A stretch of 52,227 nucleotides of DNA from a virus (taxonomy: Duplodnaviria; Caudoviricetes), in the IMG/VR virus record IMGVR_UViG_3300036766_000708, positions 1-52,227 of that record; one strand, written 5' to 3'. How positions within the stretch are numbered: the first letter of the stretch is position 1; each line of letters starts with the position of its first letter. The notes under the pieces are model-generated. The model saw only the letters and a list, made by a program, of their open reading frames with translations. It was not told the DNA's origin and searched no databases. Made by a program: the position numbers and the translations under genes. Shown here piece after piece: positions 43,920 through 52,227 of the stretch.

Positions 43920-46364
43920 TTACGCCACGAATTCGAGCGGCGCGGGGATGTGTTCGACGTAGAGGATCGCGTCCTTGAACCAGCGGGGCGCGTGCTTGCT
44001 GAATCGCCGGAGGAACCAGTCAGCGAAATGGTCGTCGACAATGAACGTGTTGTGCGCGCCGAAGCCTTCAGCCACATAAGTAGCAGTCGACGTCTGAAAC
44101 GACGAGATCGGCCCGTCCGGTAGACGTTCTACACGAAGCACTGTCGATACGGACGTGCGTCGAAGATCCTCAAGACGCTCCGACGCCAGGAATTTGTCAA
44201 GTAAACGATTTGGGCGGATTTCACCCAAAAAACGAAGCTGCTCCGTCGCGCCGCCACGAATCGATAAGACGGCGTGTTCAGGACGCGGGAAGGTCGTTCC
44301 GAATCGGTACCCGAGATGCGTTAAATAATCGGCCGCGCGCAACGCCGTATCCGTGACATTCTGTGAAAGAAACACCTGCAAGACGCCGCGGTTGCGTTTA
44401 CCACGTCCAATAGCGAGACAACCTTCACCGTCTGTAAATCCGCTCAACCATCCTTTTTCGTAGGTATCTTCAGTCGTCCAAGGCTCAAGCAGTCTCAACA
44501 TCTTGTCGCCGGGTTGAAGCCGATCCGCCCTCCACCACGCCTGCATACGCGAGTATCCCTGTTCTTTTCGGTGCGCGTGTATCAGCCACGGGTGATTGGG
44601 AGTGCAAATTAGCTCCGCGTCGTTGAGGATCACCCTGACGCGTGGCATGGTACTCACGCGGCTCTTGACGACGGTCGACCATTGCCATTTACGACGGCGC
44701 ACGGATGCACCCACGCCAGGGACACGACTTTGTGAGAAGTGCTGGCCCTCTTCGTCGAACGCGAGTAGTTCAGTGCCTTCGGCGATGTCCGCTGCGGCAA
44801 CCCACCGGAGATCCTTTGTCAAAATACGTGTTTCCGGCGACACGCACTCGCACCAATCGTCAGGACCGCGCATCCCCCGGCCGCACGCCTGGACGAGTTT
44901 CTGCATCGCAAGGTAGCCGGCGTATTCTTTGTCGAGTTCGGCCCGGACCTTGAGAATCGGTCCTCGCATGTCGGGTTGCGGCACCTTCCCGATGATTTGA
45001 AAGCGGCATTGATCGTCAGGGAAGTCGTACCCGGTCACGACAGAGGGCGATACCAACACCCACCCTTCACCGGGGTGTGCCTTGAACCACTGGATCTGTT
45101 CGCGGGTGTTCGACGGATCATGGACAATGAACCGGTCACGGTACTCCGACATGGCCATCAATTCCTTCATGCGTTGGTAACTGACCGTGTGAATGATCCC
45201 GTTCCAGTTGAGCGCCAACCGCGGGCCGAGGATGCGATCGATCCGTTGCAACCACAGGTACTTGGTGGTTTCGTGCATCCGGGCATCGACACGGACGGAC
45301 GGATAGGTATTAACGGAGATCACCGGGCGCTGCGACAACGGGAACCGCGACGGGCATTCCCAGAACAGCACCTTGTCGGGACCGATGCCCAATAGTTGCA
45401 ACGTCTTCGGCGTCATCGTCGCGGACATCAGGAGGATGTGCGGGATCCCCCGGAACAGATGACTCTCCGCGTACTTACTGACCCGCATTGGGGCGAATCG
45501 TGCCCGCATGGGGTCGAGGTCGAGAATCCAGTCCAGCGGGTCGATGTTGGATAGCCGATCCAGGATCCCTTTGATTCGCTTCAGCCGCTTCGTGTCCTTG
45601 ACGCCTTCAATGTCGATGGGCGGATGGAGCGCCCGTGCTTCGAGCTTCCGGTCGAGCGGTGTTCGATGATGGTCCGCCCAATCTTTCCACGCCTGGAGAT
45701 TCGTGTCTTTCAGGAGCTTCGAGCCGATGTACTTCGCATCCTCCCCGGTGACTTCGACCGCGAGGAACGCTTCGAGTTCCTTGTCCGCGTCATGCGCCTC
45801 GTCGAGGATCAGGAGGTCTATCGGTCCCAGTCCTTCCGCGTACTCCTCAGTGGCGAAGTACATGGCGTAGTTTGTCGACACCAGGGCGGCTCGTCGAGCA
45901 TCCCACACCGCACCGTAGTACGCACAATCCGGCCGGATTGCGGGCCGTTCCCGCGCTGGCGCGAAGTCGCAGCGGACTCCTGAATGACACGGACCCTCAT
46001 CGCACCCGATGTCGTGCCGGGAGCGGCGATAACGATCAAGGTGTCCCCCTGGTTCGACCGCGTGGCAAGGATAGTTGCGCGCACCGCGGAGATCAATGAG
46101 TCCAAGTGACTGAAAGTCAGGCGCGAGCTGATCTTGGAGTCCCTTGGTACTTGTCAGATAAACGACACGTTTCACCTCTGGATGGAGTAGGGACACGAGC
46201 ATCCCGGTTGGGGATTTTCCCGATCCGGTCGGCATCGCGAGCGCAGAAAAGCGTTTCGGATTGAGGAGGACTTTGTCGACGGCGATCAGTTGGTCGTCGT
46301 ACCAACTCGTAAATTTAGGAGGGAAGCCGAGTAAGACGGGATCGGGTAAGGGTGTGGATTTCAT
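43920..46364 (-). CDS. DinG/XPD-family SF2 helicase (Fe-S type) containing an intein
   Basis: PTGSGKS, DEAH, SAT, GYDF, QACGRGMR; Cys cluster; start at MKSTPLP (ATGA overlap). Confidence 0.92.
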   Translation of the reverse strand: MKSTPLPDPVLLGFPPKFTSWYDDQLIAVDKVLLNPKRFSALAMPTGSGKSPTGMLVSLLHPEVKRVVYLTSTKGLQDQLAPDFQSLGLIDLRGARNYPCHAVEPGGHLDRYRRSRHDIGCDEGPCHSGVRCDFAPARERPAIRPDCAYYGAVWDARRAALVSTNYAMYFATEEYAEGLGPIDLLILDEAHDADKELEAFLAVEVTGEDAKYIGSKLLKDTNLQAWKDWADHHRTPLDRKLEARALHPPIDIEGVKDTKRLKRIKGILDRLSNIDPLDWILDLDPMRARFAPMRVSKYAESHLFRGIPHILLMSATMTPKTLQLLGIGPDKVLFWECPSRFPLSQRPVISVNTYPSVRVDARMHETTKYLWLQRIDRILGPRLALNWNGIIHTVSYQRMKELMAMSEYRDRFIVHDPSNTREQIQWFKAHPGEGWVLVSPSVVTGYDFPDDQCRFQIIGKVPQPDMRGPILKVRAELDKEYAGYLAMQKLVQACGRGMRGPDDWCECVSPETRILTKDLRWVAAADIAEGTELLAFDEEGQHFSQSRVPGVGASVRRRKWQWSTVVKSRVSTMPRVRVILNDAELICTPNHPWLIHAHRKEQGYSRMQAWWRADRLQPGDKMLRLLEPWTTEDTYEKGWLSGFTDGEGCLAIGRGKRNRGVLQVFLSQNVTDTALRAADYLTHLGYRFGTTFPRPEHAVLSIRGGATEQLRFLGEIRPNRLLDKFLASERLEDLRRTSVSTVLRVERLPDGPISSFQTSTATYVAEGFGAHNTFIVDDHFADWFLRRFSKHAPRWFKDAILYVEHIPAPLEFVA
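44049..44846 (-). mobile_element. Intein (266 aa) with LAGLIDADG motif
   Basis: E|CVSPETRILT, CTPNHPW block B, WLSGFTDGEG, TYVAEGFGAHN|T. Confidence 0.92.
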
Positions 46365-46585
46365 GCGGCGTCCATCACCCATTGTTCCGCGTACGTTTGC
46401 AACGACCGATCCAGCCCACGCCGCCAACACCGCGCGTTGCATGATCGCCGGTACTCGCGGAGCACTTCCCGTGCGTCTTCCTGATCCAGGACCGCAGCGT
46501 CCTCGCGATCTGTCGTTAATGCCCAGCTCTCGACACACTCGACGTACTGTCCGGTCCCGACGTGAAACAGCACCACAGGGATCAT
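46361..46585 (-). CDS. Hypothetical protein
   Basis: Coupled overlaps. Confidence 0.55.
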   Translation of the reverse strand: MIPVVLFHVGTGQYVECVESWALTTDREDAAVLDQEDAREVLREYRRSCNARCWRRGLDRSLQTYAEQWVMDAA

Positions 46586-46740
46586 GGGAGGTACCGTCCG
46601 ACGATCAGCGCCCCGGTGTCGATTCGCCTGTAAATCACCCACACGTACCACTGTCCGTCGACATCCCACACGGTATAAAACGTGTCTTCAATCGTGACGG
46701 CCAATGAAATCGCGTCGTGGTGTTGCGTGTTGGTAATCAC
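46582..46740 (-). CDS. Small hypothetical protein
   Basis: AAGGA RBS, GTGA overlap. Confidence 0.5.
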   Translation of the reverse strand: MITNTQHHDAISLAVTIEDTFYTVWDVDGQWYVWVIYRRIDTGALIVGRYLP

Positions 46741-46985
46741 CGAGAATCCTTCCCTGGATGTGTGTACTGGTGCTGACTGTTGGGAAAGAGATACAACATG
46801 GTCGATAGTTCCTCCGGGGTCAGTGGCAAATCGGTCGGCAATTCCCCCGACTCCAGAATGAAACACGCCTCGGGTTCCACGTGATAGAGCCGCATGAGTT
46901 CCGGCGCGGACAGGTAGCACACGGTTCCTGAAGCGGACGGGTACAAGCCGGGGCAGACGATGTACTGTTTGCTGACGTCAGGCAC
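46737..46985 (-). CDS. Hypothetical protein
   Basis: YIVCPG...YLSAPELMRLYHV; start uncertain. Confidence 0.55.
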   Translation of the reverse strand: MPDVSKQYIVCPGLYPSASGTVCYLSAPELMRLYHVEPEACFILESGELPTDLPLTPEELSTMLYLFPNSQHQYTHPGKDSR

Positions 46986-47238
46986 GAAGCGCCTCGATCG
47001 TCGGGTGGAGTTCGTCAAATCGTTCCTGCTGTTCGTACGCATCGAGTACCGCGTTGGCAATCGCGACGAACTCCAGGGACCACGCGATCACCGTCGCGTC
47101 ATAACTGTACCGAGTACCCCAGACCTGCGTCAGTTCCGCGTGCCGGCCTTGTAAACTCTCCGCCTGTCGTTGGTAGTGATCGCGCTGATCACGAATCGTC
47201 CGGAGTAAGTGATCGCGGGGTGTTTCGAGTGCGGCCAT
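46978..47238 (-). CDS. Hypothetical protein
   Basis: AAAGGA RBS; TAATG coupling. Confidence 0.65.
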   Translation of the reverse strand: MAALETPRDHLLRTIRDQRDHYQRQAESLQGRHAELTQVWGTRYSYDATVIAWSLEFVAIANAVLDAYEQQERFDELHPTIEALRA

Positions 47239-47552
47239 TAGCGGAGATCCTTTTCAATCAGGTTCAGGACATCACGGACCATTTCGACCGCACGTGCTTG
47301 CGCGACTTCCGGTGCAGCGACGTCAGGCAAGTGAAGATCCTCTTCTGTGAATAGCGGATGGAGATGCATGATCCATTGCCCTGGATAGTTGACATGCCCG
47401 CGAGTGACGACGATGCGAACATACCCACCGAGCGAACATTCCCAGGTCCGGGGTTTGGGTACCTTCCCGTCTGTTGTCTTCTCGTCGCGGGCATAATTTG
47501 TCGTGTCGATCCAGTGCATGACTACTTTCACTCCCTTACTCAGCCACCTCAT
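47238..47552 (-). CDS. Hypothetical protein
   Basis: Operon packing; start uncertain. Confidence 0.6.
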   Translation of the reverse strand: MRWLSKGVKVVMHWIDTTNYARDEKTTDGKVPKPRTWECSLGGYVRIVVTRGHVNYPGQWIMHLHPLFTEEDLHLPDVAAPEVAQARAVEMVRDVLNLIEKDLR

Positions 47553-47570
47553 GTCGAATCCGCGACTGTA

Positions 47571-48017
47571 TCAACGCTGAAGCACAGTTTCAGCTAATCC
47601 GACCGGGCAATTACTTGCATGGTGATGACTCTTTTCGCCCTTCGTAGCCTCGCAATGGTGACAGCGATACACCCCAAGCCCCCTCGCGGGGCGAATCCAC
47701 GATGGCTGTTCGATTAGCGAGTAAGAATCGTCCACGAGATCCGACAACGCCTCAGCGAGCCGAGAAATCGTGCTGTGGGCCACGTCACACAGATTCTCCC
47801 GCTCACGCTCTGGGACAGCGAAGTCGCGGGCATCGGCTAATCGAGACAGGAGAGCATCGATCCCAACAGGCTGAACCCAGGTCCACGACTCCCGCTGTTT
47901 CGCCGCGTGGTAGCCGGGATCAAGATGCCGAGGCTTGCCGAGCGCGTGGAGCGGCACATCAGTAGGCAAGATCGTATCCAGTCCGGTAGCCGGCGAGCCA
48001 CGCGGCATAAAGCGCAT
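47571..48017 (-). CDS. Hypothetical protein, C-terminal CxxC..H..C
   Basis: Zn-binding pattern; start uncertain. Confidence 0.5.
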   Translation of the reverse strand: MRFMPRGSPATGLDTILPTDVPLHALGKPRHLDPGYHAAKQRESWTWVQPVGIDALLSRLADARDFAVPERERENLCDVAHSTISRLAEALSDLVDDSYSLIEQPSWIRPARGLGVYRCHHCEATKGEKSHHHASNCPVGLAETVLQR

Positions 48018-48234
48018 CTACGTGATCACCCGCTCCGAGAGGCAATGTGTCGTACCACTTACTGAACAACTTCCACTCAAACGCATCCGCTGCCCGAGGC
48101 AAACAATGGCAAAATCCGCATCTTCCACACGTCACAGTCTCCGCGTGTGCCGTCGGTGCAGGATACACAGTCAGGCATTGAGGGCACGCCTCGCCGTTCC
48201 CCACCATGATCGCGCGTTCGCCCATGTGGCTCAT
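47959..48234 (-). CDS. Zn-ribbon protein
   Basis: CPQC...CGRC; GAGG RBS. Confidence 0.6.
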   Translation of the reverse strand: MSHMGERAIMVGNGEACPQCLTVYPAPTAHAETVTCGRCGFCHCLPRAADAFEWKLFSKWYDTLPLGAGDHVDALYAAWLAGYRTGYDLAY

Positions 48235-48464
48235 GACTGCCTCGGCATTGCGGGATCGTCATAACCAAGAGCCGCCGCAACAGCCTCTAGCGACTCCATC
48301 ACGAATGTTATATCGTCCTCGGTCGGCCCATAGACCAGCACCGTTCCGTTCGATTGCGTGTGCGGGTAAATCTCGCGTATCAAATAGCGATTCGCGTAGA
48401 AGAAGGGCGTCTGGTTCGCGCCTGACTTCGGATACCACGGCGTCAACTTCGTAAACATGCTCAT
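48231..48464 (-). CDS. Hypothetical protein
   Basis: GGAG RBS. Confidence 0.65.
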   Translation of the reverse strand: MSMFTKLTPWYPKSGANQTPFFYANRYLIREIYPHTQSNGTVLVYGPTEDDITFVMESLEAVAAALGYDDPAMPRQS

Positions 48465-48468
48465 TGGC

Positions 48469-48654
48469 CTACTCCCACATCTCGTTAATTAACGTTTCGG
48501 CTTTCTTCATTGCGCTTGCAGCCTCGTCGAGATTACATGCGGCATCCTCGTACCGCTTGAGTAGGAAGTTCTCCTTCGCCTCGTAAGCAGTCGAGATCAT
48601 CCTGTCGAGGTGATCAATGGTCGCTTCGTGCATTTTTTCAGACACAGGCTTCAT
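48469..48654 (-). CDS. Hypothetical helical protein
   Basis: AGGAG RBS. Confidence 0.65.
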   Translation of the reverse strand: MKPVSEKMHEATIDHLDRMISTAYEAKENFLLKRYEDAACNLDEAASAMKKAETLINEMWE

Positions 48655-48672
48655 TGTGATTCTCCTATATGC

Positions 48673-49188
48673 CTACGCCGCCTTGTCAGTGTCCTCGTAC
48701 GGAATGTACGCCTTGAAATCCATTTCGAGTTGATTAAGGTACTTATGCTTCCAGCGTTCCTCGCGTTCGGGTTCATCAGGCATGGATAGAATTTGTTTGT
48801 AGTTGCGTGCAACCACTTCCCGTGCGGAGGCTTCGTCGCCGCGCCCCAAGTGTCCTTGTACCGCTTGTTTCTGTGTCTCCAACCATTCGAGAAACTTCTG
48901 TCGTTCTATTTCCTCGCGATTGTCGTAGATCATCATGTTCGCGCGTCTCATGACGCTGTTGATCAAGGTCGGTTCGAGCTTGTCGAGATGCGTGAGCCCA
49001 AACCAGATGCAGTACCGAATCACGTCCTGTTCGCGCTCGAAGGGAAACACACCAGACCGCGCGATGATCGACAAGGCGCGATCGTGGCCCGACTGGATGT
49101 ACGCCTGAATGCGGGACGATTTGCCCTTCCCTATTTCTGGCGGGACGTTGAATTCTGCGGGATCGAACCGACCATGATAGCCGCTCAT
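48673..49188 (-). CDS. Putative ribbon-helix-helix regulator
   Basis: SRIQAYI..GHDRALSIIA.....F...QDVIRYCIW pattern; GGAGG RBS. Confidence 0.55.
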   Translation of the reverse strand: MSGYHGRFDPAEFNVPPEIGKGKSSRIQAYIQSGHDRALSIIARSGVFPFEREQDVIRYCIWFGLTHLDKLEPTLINSVMRRANMMIYDNREEIERQKFLEWLETQKQAVQGHLGRGDEASAREVVARNYKQILSMPDEPEREERWKHKYLNQLEMDFKAYIPYEDTDKAA

Positions 49189-49529
49189 ACGTCCTCCCGC
49201 CGTGGCGTCCCGTACTTCCGCAAGATCGACGCGAGTAACGGATCCGTTTCCTCTTCGCGTCTGTAATTCCCTTGCGGTGGTGTTTTCCTGATCGGCGCGC
49301 GTGGCCGTCCGGGTCGACTTCCTGTCTCGTTCCAGCGGGGGTCATCACCGGCCGCTCTGACTTCCCATCGTGATCGCAGTTTGTACAGGTACCGTTGTTG
49401 CGAGCCGTTCAGATGTTCCAACCCGCCCGTGATTTGCAGCGACAGGAATGCGACGAACGCCTGTGCCGCACTGCGATCCCCGGCGGAGGTACTCGCCGGC
49501 TGTCGCGCAAGGATCTCTTCGTAATTCAT
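49185..49529 (-). CDS. Hypothetical protein
   Basis: First gene of leftward operon; ATGA coupling. Confidence 0.65.
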   Translation of the reverse strand: MNYEEILARQPASTSAGDRSAAQAFVAFLSLQITGGLEHLNGSQQRYLYKLRSRWEVRAAGDDPRWNETGSRPGRPRAPIRKTPPQGNYRREEETDPLLASILRKYGTPRREDV

Positions 49530-49560
49530 TCAGCACTGGGTACCCTTTTCTATGTACGAT

Positions 49561-49583
49561 GCAGACCATACGGATTGTCTGAG
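49561..49583 (-). promoter_or_regulatory. CAGAC-N10-GTCTG dyad, copy 2
   Basis: 22/23 identity to 2409-2431; just upstream of the leftward replication operon. Confidence 0.6.
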
Positions 49584-49622
49584 TCACCGGGGTACCTGCA
49601 ATCGGTACACCGGACGTAACGA

Positions 49623-49817
49623 TCAGTGCATCCGTGACTTCCCGCCACGGCGTCCTCCGTAGAAATCCGTGTGAGAATCCGTCCGACGAAGGTTGATGCG
49701 CGCCGCGAGGACCTTGTCGGATCGGTACGGCCGTGGTTCCGTACGAGGGACCGGCCGTGGCCATGCACTTGACGGGTACACCGGGCGAATCAGGTCGGCA
49801 ATCTTCGTGTCACGCAT
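49623..49817 (-). CDS. Small ORF ending in a terminase-like Walker A
   Basis: FYGGRRGGKS then stop after three residues. Confidence 0.35.
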   Translation of the reverse strand: MRDTKIADLIRPVYPSSAWPRPVPRTEPRPYRSDKVLAARINLRRTDSHTDFYGGRRGGKSRMH

Positions 49818-49911
49818 CAGCTTGACCTACCACTTCCACTGAGTTAAGCTCTCCCGGTAAATAGTCCGCATACGACACAGTGACGCACGAACGGACTTGG
49901 AGGACAGGCCG

Positions 49912-50286
49912 ATGAAACACATGACCGCGGATATTGCGTTGGAGTTGATCGAGGGAATTCTGCGGCTGTACCGAGAGGAACACATGGTCACGACGATCGA
50001 TGATGGGGGCAATGTGTCGGAGCGCCTTGAGTCTTCCCGCCCGCCCGCGTCTGACCGATCGCTGCCCGCCCGCGCGAAGTACTCCCTGCAAGTCGGCAAT
50101 GGGAACGTCCTCAACCAACCGCACGCGACGCCGTCTCAGGTCAAGATTCTCGAATGTCTGAAAGGCAAACGCGACGTGACCATGAAACAATTGGTCGAAG
50201 GTACCGGCTTGCAGGCGAGTACCATTTCCAACTATCTGGTCATCCTGCGCAAGCAAGGGATTTTGCGCTCCGACGCGATCCGGTAA
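49912..50286 (+). CDS. Winged-HTH (ArsR/MarR-like) transcription regulator
   Basis: TPSQVKILECL...TMKQLVEGTGLQASTISNYLVILRKQGIL; GGAGGA RBS. Confidence 0.75.
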   Translation: MKHMTADIALELIEGILRLYREEHMVTTIDDGGNVSERLESSRPPASDRSLPARAKYSLQVGNGNVLNQPHATPSQVKILECLKGKRDVTMKQLVEGTGLQASTISNYLVILRKQGILRSDAIR

Positions 50287-50302
50287 GGAAAGAGACACCC
50301 CG

Positions 50303-50602
50303 TTACCAGTCGATGTCCGGGCGCACGTCTGACTGATTCTGCCAATTCGTCGCTCCGGGGATCACCCGGCCGCGCCCACCCCGACTTTTCTTCCCGCCTT
50401 TCGATCCCGCCCTGGCTGCTTCCGCGCCGGGGGAAAATCGATGGGCCTTCCCCGACTTCCACGCGGCCAGTCCGCCGATACGAGCCATCTTCACCCGCTG
50501 GTCCTGTGTCAGGGAGGCGAAGCCGCGTCGCGGGCGTTTCGGCGGTGCCGGAGTTGGGGTCACGGGGACCGGTGGTGTCAGTTCACTTGCTGGATTCATC
50601 AT
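50303..50602 (-). CDS. KGG-motif (general stress-type) protein
   Basis: RGFASL...MARIGG..A...GKAHRF...EAARAGSKGG. Confidence 0.8.
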   Translation of the reverse strand: MMNPASELTPPVPVTPTPAPPKRPRRGFASLTQDQRVKMARIGGLAAWKSGKAHRFSPGAEAARAGSKGGKKSRGGRGRVIPGATNWQNQSDVRPDIDW

Positions 50603-50871
50603 GTCCTCTCTCGGTTATCGAGTACCTGTGTCCGCGTCTGACCGATTTTTTGCGTGTGCCGGCTTCTGCCTGTACACACGGTTGCGCCGGTTGCCGAACC
50701 CAAATGCAGCGTCCACCCCTTCCGGTTTTCTGTGTCCCGCGCGCGAATCGTCGTACGGGTACTGGTGCCCGCACCCGCCGTCACCGTGCGTCGCGGTACC
50801 CTCCGGCGTTTCGTGACGGTCACAGCATCGCGGATGGATCGATCAAACCGTTGCTGTACTCGGTTGTTCAT
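50599..50871 (-). CDS. Basic hypothetical protein
   Basis: ATGA overlaps on both sides. Confidence 0.4.
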   Translation of the reverse strand: MNNRVQQRFDRSIRDAVTVTKRRRVPRRTVTAGAGTSTRTTIRARDTENRKGWTLHLGSATGATVCTGRSRHTQKIGQTRTQVLDNRERT

Positions 50872-51077
50872 GGCGTCCCCGTGCCCGCGTCTAACCGTTG
50901 CTCGTGTGCGCGCGCGCGTCTAACCGATCCAGGTTCGATCGTGCGTCCTGGGGCATCCTCGCGGGTTTTAGGTACCGTCGTGTCTGACGGTCGCGCTGGT
51001 GCAATGACCATGCCAGTGAGACACGCCGGGTAAGGTTCGGGATTCGCGAATCGAGAATCAATGTCCTGTGTCCGCAT
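50868..51077 (-). CDS. Hypothetical protein
   Basis: ATGA coupling only. Confidence 0.35.
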   Translation of the reverse strand: MRTQDIDSRFANPEPYPACLTGMVIAPARPSDTTVPKTREDAPGRTIEPGSVRRARAHEQRLDAGTGTP

Positions 51078-51319
51078 GGTCTATTTCGAGACATGCGTAA
51101 GCTGTGCCGTTATGGAACACGGGAAATACAGAGCAATTTCGCACGGAAGGATCTGAGGTAGTTCACGTAATCGCCGGAACGTGTCCACAAAGTCAGCGAT
51201 TCATCAGACTACCTCGGTGTATCACTGGAGAATCCCTAGAAAATAGCGGCTCTACCATTGGCGGGGTACTTGCTTTGTTTAAAGTAGCGGGATTCCCCCG
51301 CGCCGAAAGGACAGCATCA

Positions 51320-52227
51320 GTGAACCTTACACAAGCCGCAACACAGTACGCGAACCGCCCAGCCGATGAACGTTTCCCTTCCGTCGAAGCCCTGATCGCG
51401 AACGCGGCTGACGAACGCGCGAACTCGAAAGAGTGCAACTACAACCTCAAGGATCTGCGGTTCGAGCCGGTCATGTTGGGCGGACACGAATCGATCGGTC
51501 TGACGTCGCCCAAAGGTACCGCGGTCATGACCAATTGGGCGTTCGGGCAGACCTGCCGGACGTTGGGCGCACCGGCCGGGTACGTGAAGACGTTACCTCC
51601 GTCGATCGCCGCGGACGCGCTGAACTTTGGCATTCGTGAAGCGGGGACCGGCGCGCAAGTGTCGATCCTGGCCAAAGCTCCAAACGGCAATCCCTTCCCG
51701 ACGATCCGTGCATGTACCTCCGATAGCTACTCCCGTGTGTGGGACGCGGACCTATACGGCCAGATCGCGCGACAGATCATGGATCAGGATTCCAAGTGGA
51801 CGACGCCGCCAACGTGGAGTGGTGAACCGGCAGGCGCGTACCGTGGCGATCGGGATTCCTTCCTCGTGTTGACGAACGGCGGATCGATTGTGAACGATCC
51901 GAGTCTGCGAAACACCGGGACGATGATCGATAGCGCGTCGTCACCTTCCGGTTCTGGTCCGACTGACGGCATGTATCGCGGGATCCTGGTACGCAATTCC
52001 GAGGTTGGTGCTGCTGCGATCACGATTCAGCGGATTCTCTACCGCTACATCTGCGGGAATCACATCATCTGGGGAGCGGTTATTGACAAGGTGTTCCATC
52101 GTCGCCATGTCGGGACCGGTGTTTCACGATCCGCTACTCGCGAGATCGCGAACATCGCGCATGAGTGGGCAAACGCGTCTGCGTCGAAGGATCAAGCGAT
52201 TATCCAGACGTTGATTGATCGTGAACT
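51320..52227 (+). CDS. DUF932-family protein (3' partial, not in ORF track)
   Basis: YANRPADERFPS...TNWAFGQTCRTLGAPAGY..LP...RGILVRNSEVG...YICGNHIIWG; AAAGGA RBS; open to window end. Confidence 0.85.
   Translation, partial: MNLTQAATQYANRPADERFPSVEALIANAADERANSKECNYNLKDLRFEPVMLGGHESIGLTSPKGTAVMTNWAFGQTCRTLGAPAGYVKTLPPSIAADALNFGIREAGTGAQVSILAKAPNGNPFPTIRACTSDSYSRVWDADLYGQIARQIMDQDSKWTTPPTWSGEPAGAYRGDRDSFLVLTNGGSIVNDPSLRNTGTMIDSASSPSGSGPTDGMYRGILVRNSEVGAAAITIQRILYRYICGNHIIWGAVIDKVFHRRHVGTGVSRSATREIANIAHEWANASASKDQAIIQTLIDRE

Larger units (their letters stand above)
1..52227. mobile_element. Near-complete temperate tailed phage genome (podovirus-like), excised/virion form
   Basis: Full terminase-portal-capsid-tail-lysin-integrase-replication gene set; intact attP; no host housekeeping genes; both ends lie in the same gene family. 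Confidence 0.95.

Noticed and set aside
46365-46538. Longer helicase N-terminus
   Set aside because: Overlaps the upstream gene; ATGA-coupled start at 46364 is more plausible

Overview
The window is an essentially complete, non-integrated genome of a temperate, podovirus-like tailed phage. Both ends fall inside one DUF932-family gene, with a small gap. The + strand carries packaging and head genes (TerS, TerL, portal, scaffold, major capsid), short-tail and ejection genes with no tape measure, an M15 endolysin, a nucleotide-metabolism/membrane operon, an attP whose core is the 3' end of an initiator tRNA-Met, and a tyrosine integrase. The integrase and Xis are of a type I associate with Acidobacteriota (inference). 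The - strand carries Xis, a UDG-fused family A polymerase with unusual motif substitutions, an ERCC4-HhH nuclease, two paralogous Pol-beta-type nucleotidyltransferases, a Dam-type methylase, an AAA/Sak4-like ATPase, a PD-(D/E)XK nuclease, a probable SSB and an intein-containing DinG/XPD helicase. I found no primase or ring helicase. Non-coding signals include an AT-rich palindrome array upstream of terS, a 23-bp dyad shared by two distant sites, a recurring TCACTGATTCAC motif next to sigma54-like elements, and a candidate three-way-junction RNA. All family calls come from motif recognition by eye; no searches were run.
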